A DNA stretch of 62,624 bases, counting the filler, from Anaerolineae bacterium (GTDB lineage Bacteria > Chloroflexota > Anaerolineae > Epilineales > Epilineaceae), in NCBI GenBank assembly GCA_029262755.1. It is 8 parts of 8 records of this genome, joined end to end, with 100 filler letters (N's around TTAATTAATTAA, not from the genome) between each part and the next. Parts side by side here need not be neighbours in the genome. Positions count along the whole stretch, not along the records: positions 25,625 to 39,641 come from JAJCYU010000133.1; positions 39,742 to 47,185 come from JAJCYU010000134.1; 6 more parts are not named here. One strand, 5' to 3'. Shown in pieces: positions 34,905 to 44,896 of the stretch; the first letter of the stretch is position 1; each line of letters starts with the position of its first letter. The notes beneath the pieces are model-generated. The model was not told the origin of the DNA. It ran no database searches and worked only from the letters and a program-made list of their open reading frames with translations. The position numbers and the translations under genes are program-made.

Positions 34905-37105
34905 CGCGACCGGATCGAGCGGTCGTTCGCGTCGTGCGAGGTGGTCGCGCCTGGATCGCCGTCCGCCGCGTCCGGCACGTCATTGGCGGCGACACCATGG
35001 CCGTCGTATTCCGCACCAGAGCCCCCGCCCTCGCCCCCGCCACACTCGCTACGATCGCCGCGCACGTCAACAGTACCGCCATCGCCCCGTACGACGCGAT
35101 CGCCGGGCACGCCGCGTTCGCCACGCGCGTCGCCATCTCCACCGCCGCCGCGCTCCTCGCCCTCCCCGCGACCCCGTCGCGCGCGCGCGTTCGCCGCCAG
35201 CCGGGCGGCCAGTGCGCGATCGGCGGGCCGGACAGCGCCCGTCGCGAAGAGCAGGCCGGCGTAGAGGAGGACGGCCGTCGTTCCCGCCGCGATGAGGCTG
35301 GGCCAGCCGGGAGCGGCGTTCGCGAGCGTCCAGGCGGCGAGGGCGGCCGCGCCCGCTGCGGCCATCACGCGGGGCTGGAAGACCGGACCGAGGGTTGCAC
35401 GCCAACCGGCACCGAGGCGGGCGTGGGCGGTCCAGGCGGCGACGGCCCCGGCGATCGATCCCAGGGCAGCGCCGGCCACGACGCCGGCCAGGCCGAGGCG
35501 TGGGGCGAGCAGCGCCGCGATGCCGACGGAGACCACGACGTGCGCCGTCACGGCGCCGGTAGCGGCGCGTGCGCCTGCGGCGTCGCGGGCCTGCAGCACG
35601 AGGAAGGCCGGCATCGCAAGGACGATTCCACCGGCGCCGGCGGCGAGCGCGGCGAGGGCGAGGCCGGTGGCGCGAACGGTGGCGGCGTCGGCGGAGCCGT
35701 GTAGCCAGGCCGTGGTGAAGGGCAGCGCCAGGACCGCGGTGAGGGTGAAAGCGGGCCAGGCCAGCCAGGCGAGGTAGCGCGCGACGGGCGCGTACAGCGC
35801 GCGCGGGTCCGCGTCCTGTGCTCCGGCCTCGGCGGCCGCTGCGGGGTAGATCGCCTGGCCCATGGCCTGGAGCAGGCCGGCGAGTTGGCCCGCGACGCGG
35901 ATCGCGAGCTCATAGGCGGCGACGGCGGCCAGGCCGGGGCCGTGGGCGAGCAGGGCCTTGTGCGCGGGCTCGACCACGAGAGAGGCCAGATGACCGCCTT
36001 GCACCCATCGGCCGTGGCGCAGCAGCGCCGCGCTGCGCTCGCGATCGAAGCTCGGACGGGCCGACGCCAGGGCAGGTGCGCGGGCGGCGAGCAGGCGCTG
36101 CAGGGCCCAGCCGGCGAGGAGCGCCGTGACGAGGTTCTTGAGCACGAGGCCGCGCAGCCCCCAGCCGGCGCCGAGCACAAGGACGACGCCCGCGGCCGAG
36201 AGCACACGCTGGCCCGTTTCCACGCCGTGAGCCAAGTCCAGGCGGCCGATGCCTTCCAGCGCGGCGCGCCATGGCAGCCAGCCCAATTCGACCGCGGCCA
36301 CGACGGCCGTACCGGCCACCACCCACGCCGCCTCGGCGCGAAGGGCGGGCGGGACGGCGAAGAGGAGGGCGGTCAGCGGATCGCGCAGTAGCCACACGAC
36401 CGCCACGGCGGCGGTGGCCGTCGCGGCGAGCAGCGCGCGCGCCGTCGCGACGGCCGGTGCGGCGGCGCCCGGCGTGCCCGCGCTCGCAGCGCGCGCGACG
36501 GCGCGGCTCAGCGCGCGGTCCAGGCCGAGGTCGAGCAGGCGCAGACTCGCCAGGACCGCGCCGGCGATCGCCCACACGCCGTAGCGCTCCGCCCCCAGGA
36601 CGCGCAAGGCGAAGGGCACGACCGCGAGCGCCGCGACCGCGGCCACGACCTGTCGACCACCGCCGGCCAGCGCGTTGCGGGCCACGGACGCGAGGAGGCG
36701 CTCGCGCCGCGCGGACGGGGCGGAGGGCGGTGGATCGGAGGGCTGTGGGGCGGAGGGCGGTGAGGTTGCGTGCTGTAGCGTAGGGCGCGTCGCGTCGGAG
36801 GTTGTCGACTCCGGGCGTGAGGCAGCCGTGCTCGTCGCATTGGGGCGCGACGCATCGGGGCCGATCGCATCTGTGCGTGTCACATCCGGGCGCGCTGCAT
36901 CGGAACGGGCCGCATCCGAGGGCGTCAGATCCGAGCGCGTCGCATCGGGACGGGCTCCATCCGTGCGCGTCACATCCGAGCGTGCCGCATCGGGCCTCGC
37001 CGCATCCGTGCGCGCATCATCCGAGCGGGCCGCATCCGTTCGCCCCGCATCACCTTGCGGCGCATCGGAGCGGGGCGCATCCGGTTGCGGACCTGGGGGC
37101 GGCAT
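34901..37105 (-). CDS. Oligosaccharide flippase (Wzx/MOP family) with N-terminal pentapeptide repeats
   Basis: Twelve or more hydrophobic segments, LGAERYGVW and DLGL motifs, EPS operon context. Confidence 0.85.
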   Translation of the reverse strand: MPPPGPQPDAPRSDAPQGDAGRTDAARSDDARTDAARPDAARSDVTRTDGARPDATRSDLTPSDAARSDAARPDVTRTDAIGPDASRPNATSTAASRPESTTSDATRPTLQHATSPPSAPQPSDPPPSAPSARRERLLASVARNALAGGGRQVVAAVAALAVVPFALRVLGAERYGVWAIAGAVLASLRLLDLGLDRALSRAVARAASAGTPGAAAPAVATARALLAATATAAVAVVWLLRDPLTALLFAVPPALRAEAAWVVAGTAVVAAVELGWLPWRAALEGIGRLDLAHGVETGQRVLSAAGVVLVLGAGWGLRGLVLKNLVTALLAGWALQRLLAARAPALASARPSFDRERSAALLRHGRWVQGGHLASLVVEPAHKALLAHGPGLAAVAAYELAIRVAGQLAGLLQAMGQAIYPAAAAEAGAQDADPRALYAPVARYLAWLAWPAFTLTAVLALPFTTAWLHGSADAATVRATGLALAALAAGAGGIVLAMPAFLVLQARDAAGARAATGAVTAHVVVSVGIAALLAPRLGLAGVVAGAALGSIAGAVAAWTAHARLGAGWRATLGPVFQPRVMAAAGAAALAAWTLANAAPGWPSLIAAGTTAVLLYAGLLFATGAVRPADRALAARLAANARARRGRGEGEERGGGGDGDARGERGVPGDRVVRGDGGTVDVRGDRSECGGGEGGGSGAEYDGHGVAANDVPDAADGDPGATTSHDANDRSIRSR
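36782..37081. repeat. ~20 x 15-nt in-frame repeat (DAARS/T/P)
   Basis: Recurring GCATC(C/G)G every 15 nt on the + strand. Confidence 0.9.
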
Positions 37106-37113
37106 CGGCGCTC

Positions 37114-39641
37114 CTACGGCGCGTCTGCGCCCTCGGGTTGCTCCGCGGCGTCGGCGTCGCCACCGGGATTCGCGCCCGGGTTCGACGACTCGTCGGCTCC
37201 GGCCCCAACCGTCTCAGCGTCTCCGCGGCCCTCCGCAACTTCGGCCGCAAAGGCCGGTGCGCCGGCGTCGAGCCAGTCGCGTAGGCCGCGCACCACCGTG
37301 GAGGCCGGCACGAGTTCGTCGAGCTGGGACCAGGCTTCGCGGGCGGGGTCCAGGCCCTCGGAGCGCGCGCGGGTTACGACCAGGACAGCGCCGCGGGGGA
37401 TCGGCGGCAGGGGCGGGCCGAGCTCGCGCAACCAGGGGGCGGGTAAGGGGCGGCTGGCCTGTTCGAGCATGCGTTCGGCGCCGAGAACCGCGATGCCGTC
37501 GTCGATTGCCGATACGCCGCCGGGCAGGTCGCCTTGGGCGAAGAGGGCGCGGGAGAGGCCCATCCATGCGGCCGCGTTGGCGGGGTCCAGGTCGGCGGCG
37601 CGGGCATGGTCGGCGGTGGCGCGCGCCCAGGCTTCGCGTCGTTCGAAGAGGCGGCCGCGCTCGACGAGGCTCTCGATGCCGTGCGGGTCGCGCGCTAGCG
37701 CGCGGTCGAGCCACAGGGCCGCTTCGTCCCAGCCGATGTCGCGCGACGTGGCTTCGGGGGCGACGTCGCCGAGGTCGCGATGGAGCACGCCGAGGCGGCG
37801 AGCGCTCGTGGCGCTCGGCCACAATGCTTCGGCCGCTTCGAGTTGTTCGAGGGCCGCGGCGAAGGAGGCCCTGCGCTCGGGGGCGGTCGGGGTGTCTGCG
37901 ACGAGGCGCTCGCGGTGCCAGCCGGCAACGTAGCCGCGGTAGCTCGGCTGCGACGGCCACATCGCGACCGCCTGTACGTAGCGCGACAGCGCTTCATCGC
38001 GTTCGTTCGCGACGGCGCTCTCGAGCCCCACGCGGAGTTGCGCATCGGCCAATACCGGGCGGAGCGCGACCTGCCAGGCGCCGACGCCCGCGAAGAGCGC
38101 GAGCGCCGCGTAGGGCACGTAGCGCCAGGCGGGGGTCGGCTCGGACTCCGATGCGTCGCCGCCGAGGGCGATGCCCGCGGCGAGGACCGCGCCGACCAGC
38201 GTGAGGCCGAAGGCGAGCGTCGGGCCGCCGGCTACGCCGAACAAGGGCAGGAGTACGGCCAGCAGACCGATCATCACCGCGCCGCGCGCGACCGCGCGGC
38301 GCGCGATCCCGCCTTCCGGAGCCAGGAGATCGGCGCTCAGCCAGAGGGCGACGGGTAGCAGCAGCAAGAGCACTTCGGCGCCATCGAACAAGGCGAAGAT
38401 GCCGAAGGGCAGCAGGATGGGCGCGAAGATCAGGGCGCTCAGGCCGAGGCCTTCCACGACACCGTCCGCGGTGGCGGAGCCGGCAGCCGGGGCGTGCGCG
38501 GCGGCCGCCGGGCGGCGCGTACGGCCGCGCGACGGCTCCGCGCCGGCGTCGGCCGAGCGCGTGCCCGCGGCGAGGGCCGCGAGCAGGCCGATGGCGCACC
38601 AGACGACCAGCTCCGTCGGCACCGTCGGCAGGCCGAGGGCGCCTTCGATCAAGTGGCCGGCCAAGGCGGCCAACAGGCCGACCGCGAGCAGGGCATCCGC
38701 GCCGGGTGGCTGGACATCACCGCGGCGCGCGGCGCGCAGCGCGGCCCAAACGCCCCAGCCGACGAGACCGGCGCACAAGCCAAAGGTCAGCCCGAGGCCG
38801 ATCGCGCCGCGGCCCAGGACGAGCGCGCCGCCGCCAGCGCCGAGCGCGGCGACGGTCAGCGCGCTCGCGGCGAGCCCGCCCGCGGCGCGGCGATCGGCGA
38901 GCCAGCCCAGGACGCGGTAGCCGGCGGCGAAGGCCGCGATCTGAAGGGCGAGCCACGCGAGCACGCCGAGCAGGCCGGCCGAAGCCCACCACTCCCAAGC
39001 CACGTCATGGGTGCGGTCAAAGACCTGCACAGGTGTGAGGCGCGTGAGCTCCGCGTCGGCGAAGGGCGGCAGGACCAACGCGACCGTCTCCGGGCCGTAG
39101 CCGATGAGGGCCCGCGCGGGGTCGGATGCGGCGAGATCGGCCAGGCCCTCCCAGGCCAGGAAGCGCTCGCGCGCCGTGCGTGAGCCCGCGGAGAGGAGGT
39201 CGGCGAAAGGCGTGAGGCCCGGCACGCCTGCGCGGCCCAGGCCGATCAGGGCCACCGGCGCGGCGAGCACCAGGAGCGAGGCGAGCAAGAGCGCCCGCCC
39301 GCGGCCCGCTGCCGCGACATGCCACAGGCCGAGCGCGCCGAGCGCGGCGAGGAGCCCGAGCAGTGGGCCTCGGCTGCCCGTAGCCAGGACCCCGAGGATG
39401 CACAGACCGAAGATCAGCGCATGACCGGCCACGTGGCGCGTTGCGCCGGGCCGGCCTTCGGCGCGCGCGTGCATAGCGCCGACGAGGCCCATGGCGGCCA
39501 CCGGCGCGACGGCGGCCAGCCAGGCGCCGAGGAAGATCGCGTTGCCAAGCGATGCGAAGGCGCGCTCGTCGGTCTGCTGGCCGTATTGGCTCCACGGAAT
39601 CGCGTCGATGCCCATTCGCTGCAGCAACGCGTACAGGGCTG
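37114..39641 (-). CDS. O-antigen ligase/polymerase-like membrane protein with C-terminal TPRs, 5'-truncated
   Basis: ASLGNAIFLG, TGSRG, IGYGPET, DRTHD...GLLG; many TMs; TPR-like helices. Confidence 0.85.
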
Positions 39642-39741
39642 NNNNNNNNNNNNNNNNNNNNNNNNNNNNNNNNNNNNNNNNNNNNTTAATTAATTAANNN
39701 NNNNNNNNNNNNNNNNNNNNNNNNNNNNNNNNNNNNNNNNN

Positions 39742-40766
39742 TCGATCGCCTCGCCGCGGAACATCAGCGGCTGCTCGGCTTCGCGGTGCCGCCCTTCGAG
39801 AGCTTGTTCGTCGATCCCTCTGCGATGATGATGGCGCCCGCAACCGCCCGCGTGGCCGCGCTCTATCGCGAAGCAGGGTGGACCGAACCCACCGACACGC
39901 GCGCCGCGGCGCCCGATCATCTCGGCGTCGAGCTGCTGGCCCTCGCGGACCTTGTCGAGGCGGGAAAGGTAGATCTCGCGCGGCGATTGCATCACGATCA
40001 CCTCGCGCTGTGGGCGCCCGCGTGGATCGAGGCCTTGGGGCGAACGCGTCCGGCGGCGCTCTACGAGAGCCTCGCCGCGCTGACGTTGGAGCTGCTGCTG
40101 GATCCGCTCGACACGGATACCGCGGCGCCCACAATGGAGCAAGCGTCCTTCCCTCATCTGCCGCCGGCGCCGCGCTACCGCGGCACAGGCATGGCCATAC
40201 CCGCGGACGGCGAGTCGTTCTCGGTCGGCGTGGGCGGGATTCTCGAGGGCGACGAGGCGGCTGAGCGCCGGAGGGACGAGCGTGATCGACGCGACCCGTC
40301 CGACCGCTCGGTGGCTGCGCGAACGAACGCGGACGGAAGTTCGGACGCGGGCGAGAACGGCCGTGATTCACGCCCTTCCGGTGAACGAGCGGATGACGAC
40401 GCGGACCTGCGGCTGCGCGACCTTGCACGGCGTCTGCTCGTGCCGCGCGAAACGGGCCTCTGGCTGGGGCGTGCCGATGTGCTGCGGCTCTCGGGCAGCC
40501 TGGATCTGCCCTCCGTCGTCGGCGACCGCGCCGCCATGCTCGAGGGCCTCCTGCGCTCCGCCGGCCAGCACGGCGCGGCGCACGCGGCCTTCGACGGCCT
40601 GCACGCCCGCTTCGACGACGCGGACGCCACGTACGCCGCCTGGGCGGAGCGTTGGCCCGCCTGGACACCGCAGAGCGCAGCATGGCGCTCCCGTGTCGCC
40701 CGCACACGAGAGCGCGTCGCGACGTGGCGCGACGCGGTGCACGCCGCAGTACACGCCGCGGAGTAA
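39742..40766 (+). CDS. TorD/DmsD-family molybdoenzyme chaperone, 5'-truncated, with extra C-terminal domain
   Basis: VPPFESLF, PDHLGVEL and HLALWAP motifs. Confidence 0.8.
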
Positions 40767-40913
40767 CGCTCGCTTCGGCAACTCAGGTCGAACGGGCCGG
40801 CCCCGGATGTCACAATAGTCTGAGATGGGTGGCCCGCTGAAGCCGCTCGGCGATCGATCTTGGCTACCCTTTGCCCTACCTCAAGCAGAATCCCCCGACC
40901 CAGGAGGGGCATC

Positions 40914-42179
40914 ATGGCGCTGCTACCCAACGACATCGTCATCACGGGCCTGGGGCCGATCAGCTCGATCGGCTGTGGGCGCGAGCCGTATTGGGAAAGC
41001 CTGCTCGCCGGACGTTCCGGCATCGGGCCCATCACGACCTGTGACGTGAGCGATCTTCCGACGCGTATCGGCGCGGAAATCGTGGACTTTCATCTGGAGG
41101 ACTTCGTCGAACGCGGACGGGTCCTCGGACGCGGACTGCCCCGCATGAGCCAGCTCAGCATGGCGGCAAGCGCCCTTGCCCTGCGTGACGCAGGTCTCGA
41201 CGATCCGTCCGACCGCGATCGCGTGGGCGTCTACGTCGGCACCTCGATCGCGAACCTCGATACGCTGCTTACCATGCACGCCCGCTATGAGGCCGGCGAG
41301 ACGGTGCCCGCCTATCACGTCTTCCATGCGTTCAACCACTCCGCGGCGTGCCTCGTGGCGTCGCAGCTGGACCTGCGCGGCCCGGTGCTCACCGTGAGCG
41401 TCGGTTGCAACAGTGGTCTGGACGCGCTCGGACAAGCCTCCTTCGCCCTCCGGGCCGGCACGGCGGACGCGATGCTCGTGGTCGGCTGCGACTGCGAGCT
41501 CGTCCGCGAGATCGTGCAGGCCATGTGCCTGACCGACAGCGTGAGCACGAAGTACAACGACGATCCGACTCGGGCCTCCCGGCCCTTCGAAGCCGGACGC
41601 GACGGCAACGTGCTCGGCGAAGGGGCCGGCGCTCTCATCGTCGAGCGCGCCGGTGATGCGCAGCGGCGAGGAGCCCATATCTACGCCCGCCTGGCCGGCT
41701 ACGCCAACGCCGGCGCCGGCAAGGGCCGCGGCTACCGCCACGACTCCCCCGACCTGGATCCGGAGCCCTGCTCGCGCACGCTCAGCGCAGCTTTGACCAA
41801 CGCCGGCTGGAAGCCGGACGACGTCGACGTGGTCAGCGCCAACGGCTCGTCGTCGGTACGCTACGACCCGATGGAGGCCGCGGCCCTCGGCATGGTCTTC
41901 GGCGCCCGCGGCGCCGCTGCCCCGATCACGCACTCCGTGAAGTCCATGCTCGGACAACACGGCGCCGGAACCTCGGCACTCCAAGCGATCGCCGCCTGCC
42001 TCACGGTCTCCGAAGGCATGGTCCCGCCCACGATCAACTTCGACCAGCCCGGCGAGGGCTGCGAGGACCTACGCATCCTGTCGACCGCAACCGCCGTGGA
42101 CCACCCGCGCGTGCTGGCGCACGCAATCGGTATGGGCGGGTTCTACTACTCCGCAGCGGCCTTCGAATCGGTCTCGTAG
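40914..42179 (+). CDS. Beta-ketoacyl-ACP synthase (FabF/KS-like) with non-canonical active site
   Basis: IVITGLG, GRSGI, GCNSG, SRPFE.RDG.VLGEGAG, KSMLG, VPPTINF; AGGAGG RBS. Confidence 0.9.
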   Translation: MALLPNDIVITGLGPISSIGCGREPYWESLLAGRSGIGPITTCDVSDLPTRIGAEIVDFHLEDFVERGRVLGRGLPRMSQLSMAASALALRDAGLDDPSDRDRVGVYVGTSIANLDTLLTMHARYEAGETVPAYHVFHAFNHSAACLVASQLDLRGPVLTVSVGCNSGLDALGQASFALRAGTADAMLVVGCDCELVREIVQAMCLTDSVSTKYNDDPTRASRPFEAGRDGNVLGEGAGALIVERAGDAQRRGAHIYARLAGYANAGAGKGRGYRHDSPDLDPEPCSRTLSAALTNAGWKPDDVDVVSANGSSSVRYDPMEAAALGMVFGARGAAAPITHSVKSMLGQHGAGTSALQAIAACLTVSEGMVPPTINFDQPGEGCEDLRILSTATAVDHPRVLAHAIGMGGFYYSAAAFESVS

Positions 42180-42191
42180 CGCGGGCTGTGG

Positions 42192-42395
42192 GAGGTCGCG
42201 AGCGACGCGGGGTCGCGTGCGTCGTGGGGTCGCGTGCGACGTTGGGTCGAAATCGACGTGGGGTCGCAATCGACGTGGGGTCGCAATCGACGTAGGGTCG
42301 CAATCGACGTAGGGTCGCGTGCGACGCGGGGTCGCGTGCGTCGTGGGATCGCGTGCGACGTGGGATCGCGTGCGACGTAGGATCGCGTGCGACGT
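42192..42395. repeat. 12 x 17-nt intergenic tandem repeat with GTCG-N4-CGAC mini-palindrome
   Basis: Stems start at 42195, 42212, 42229 ... 42382 (17-nt period). Confidence 0.97.
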
Positions 42396-42506
42396 GGACA
42401 GCGAGTAGTAGAGGGGCGTCGCGCGTAGCGTGGGGTCGCCCCCGCTCGTGATCGCGCGCCGCCTGCATCCTACGCGGCTCGCGTCCTACGCCGTCTGCAC
42501 CCCCGC

Positions 42507-44411
42507 TCACGGCGCTCCGCGAAGCGCACGGGGCACGAATCGGCGGACGGGCTCTGCGGTGGCCGTCGACGGCGGCGTTTCCGTCGCCGTCGGACTTGCG
42601 GTCGCTTGCGGCGTCCACGTGGCTGTCGGCGTCGGCGTCGGCGCTGCCGCGAGCGCAGCTTCCACCGCGACCCCGGCGCGCAGTGCTCCGCGGCCGGCGT
42701 TGTACGTGCGCGCCACCGAGCCACGGGGCCCGCAGCGGTCGGCCGTGATAGGCTCGGCGGCGTCCTCGAGCAGGCGGCGGACGGCCTCCGGGCGACCACG
42801 TAGATCCAGACGCGCACCGAGCACGAGCGCCGCCGCACCCGCGGCGTGCGGCACGGCCATCGAGGTGCCGGTGCGCCGGCCGTAGCGGCCGCGCGGCTCG
42901 CTCGACTCGATGTTGACACCCGGCGCAGCTACGTCGGGCTTATCGACCTCGTCGAAGGGCCCCCGGCTGCTCGTCCGGTGAATACGGCCGGTACGCGGAT
43001 CGAGATTGGCAATCGTCCACGAGGCCGCGAACCCGCCGGGCACACACACCGTCTCACACGCGTCCCCGTTGTTGCCGGCGGACGCCACAAACAAGCTTCC
43101 CGCGGCCACAACACTCTCCACGGCGCCCTGGAACCAAGCGGACGTGCAGCTCTGCGGCGAGTCGGCGCTCCAGCTGGCAACCACGATGTCCGGCGCCAGC
43201 TCCGGGCGCGGCTCACCGCCGTCGCCATCCGTGGGCGCAAGCACCCATTCAAGGCACACGAGCAGCCCCTGCGGGTCGAGTGAGCGCCCATCGCCCAGCC
43301 GACACGCGATCCACTCCGCCTCGGGCGCCACCCCGATCTGCTTGGAGCGCGCGGAGTCCTCCCCCACCACGGAGCCCGCGATGTGCGTCCCGTGCCCGTG
43401 ATCGTCATAGGGCGCAGCCTTGCCGTCGACCGCGTCGAGCCAGTTGTACGCGGCCCCGGCGTACTCCGCCCCTTCTGCGCCGCGCCAGGCCGACTCAAGG
43501 GCGGGATGATCCCCCGCGACCCCGCTGTCCGTAATCGCGACGACGACACCGCGACCATGTTGGCCGAGCGCCCACGCGTCCGGCGCGCCGATCGCCTCGA
43601 CGCCATCGGCGATGGCCGCGGGAGCCGAGGGGGCATCGGGGGCGGCAGCGGAGGCGGGGGCGGCGAGGGAGGCGGGGGAGGCGAGGGAGGCGGGGGAGTC
43701 GTCGCTCGCGCCGGTCAACGAGGGCCGGTCGGTCGCGCCGACTACGCCGGCAACGTCGCTCGCGTCGGTCGACGAGGGCCGGTCGGTCGCGCCAGGCGCG
43801 CGCGCGTGAGTTCTCCGCGACGCTTGGGTCGACTGATCCAGGTCCTTGGTCACGGCGCCCGTGGCGATCGGAAATGGTGCCTGGTCTACGATTCGGGCGA
43901 CGTCTGGGCGGGCGTCGAGCGCGCATAGGAGCTCGGACGGGGCCTCGACCACCAAGGCGTTGAGCACGTGGAAAGAACGTACGAGAGTCCCCCTTGGCTG
44001 CAGCGCTGCCCGGATCTTGGGCTGCGTCGCGTCCGCGGTCGCACGAAGGCGCGCTCGCACCCACGCGCGGCGTTCTTCGGGATCCATGATCTGCTTCGCC
44101 GCGCGCAGGTCCGCCTGCTGCGTAAGAATCACGATGGCGCGCACCGGGTGCAGGGAGGCAGCCAAGACCGGTGGAAGTCCTGGGCAAGAGGGCACTGGGG
44201 GATCCAGCTCACCTTTGAGATCGGAGCCCATGGAAAATGGGCTCGCGGACCAACGGGACGTTGACTCGCCCTCGTCCGGCATCGCCGCTTGCCACCAAGG
44301 TCCGTCCGACGTCGCTGATCGCGATGCGGTCGGCGATTGTACCGCGCCGAGTAGCAGCGCGAGCATTAGCCCCGTGAGAAGACGGGCGTGTAGGGTCTCG
44401 TGGCTGGACAT
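42507..44411 (-). CDS. Secreted S8 subtilase with prodomain
   Basis: Catalytic ITDSG, HGHGTHIAG, SAGN, GTSMAVPH; signal peptide; PT-rich tail; GAGGTG RBS. Confidence 0.93.
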   Translation of the reverse strand: MSSHETLHARLLTGLMLALLLGAVQSPTASRSATSDGPWWQAAMPDEGESTSRWSASPFSMGSDLKGELDPPVPSCPGLPPVLAASLHPVRAIVILTQQADLRAAKQIMDPEERRAWVRARLRATADATQPKIRAALQPRGTLVRSFHVLNALVVEAPSELLCALDARPDVARIVDQAPFPIATGAVTKDLDQSTQASRRTHARAPGATDRPSSTDASDVAGVVGATDRPSLTGASDDSPASLASPASLAAPASAAAPDAPSAPAAIADGVEAIGAPDAWALGQHGRGVVVAITDSGVAGDHPALESAWRGAEGAEYAGAAYNWLDAVDGKAAPYDDHGHGTHIAGSVVGEDSARSKQIGVAPEAEWIACRLGDGRSLDPQGLLVCLEWVLAPTDGDGGEPRPELAPDIVVASWSADSPQSCTSAWFQGAVESVVAAGSLFVASAGNNGDACETVCVPGGFAASWTIANLDPRTGRIHRTSSRGPFDEVDKPDVAAPGVNIESSEPRGRYGRRTGTSMAVPHAAGAAALVLGARLDLRGRPEAVRRLLEDAAEPITADRCGPRGSVARTYNAGRGALRAGVAVEAALAAAPTPTPTATWTPQATASPTATETPPSTATAEPVRRFVPRALRGAP

Positions 44412-44580
44412 CGTGACACCTCAGGTCGGCTGCGGCATGTGCGCTACTTATCCGGACGTCGCAGCGTTCCCGGTCGTGACCGAGCGCGGTCCATGGGCGG
44501 CGTTAGCCTTTCGCGAATTTGGGCCTCGCGCGATAGGAATGCGCACGCCGCGGCGGCCATCGCTGGTTACGGCGATATCG

Positions 44581-44750
44581 AAGTCGCGGCGGTCGCGAAG
44601 TCATGACGGTCGTGCAGTCGCGGTGGTCGCGAAGTCATGACGGTCGTGAAGTCACGGTGATCGCGGAGCCGCGGCGATCGCGAAGCCACGACGGTCGCGA
44701 AGCCGCGGCGGTCGCGAAGCCGCGGCGATCGTGAAGCCGCGGCGATCGAC
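44581..44750. repeat. 10 x 17-nt intergenic tandem repeat of self-complementary units
   Basis: Unit ~AAGYCRYGRYGRTCGYG at an exact 17-nt period. Confidence 0.97.
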
Positions 44751-44896
44751 GTCGCTCATCGGGGCGTTGGGCCTCTACCGGACCGGCGAACGCTGACCCT
44801 GCGTACCCAGGGCTGACGATGGAATGTTGATGCGAATCGACCACTGATGACCGACTCCAGCGCCTAGACCTGCCGCGCCTAGAGCACCACTGTCGC

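Noticed and set aside
40914..42179. Type II PKS gene cluster
   Set aside because: No ACP, partner KS, cyclase or reductase on this contig.
42192..42395. 17-nt palindromic arrays (also 44581-44750) as CRISPR
   Set aside because: Head-to-tail units without spacers; too short.
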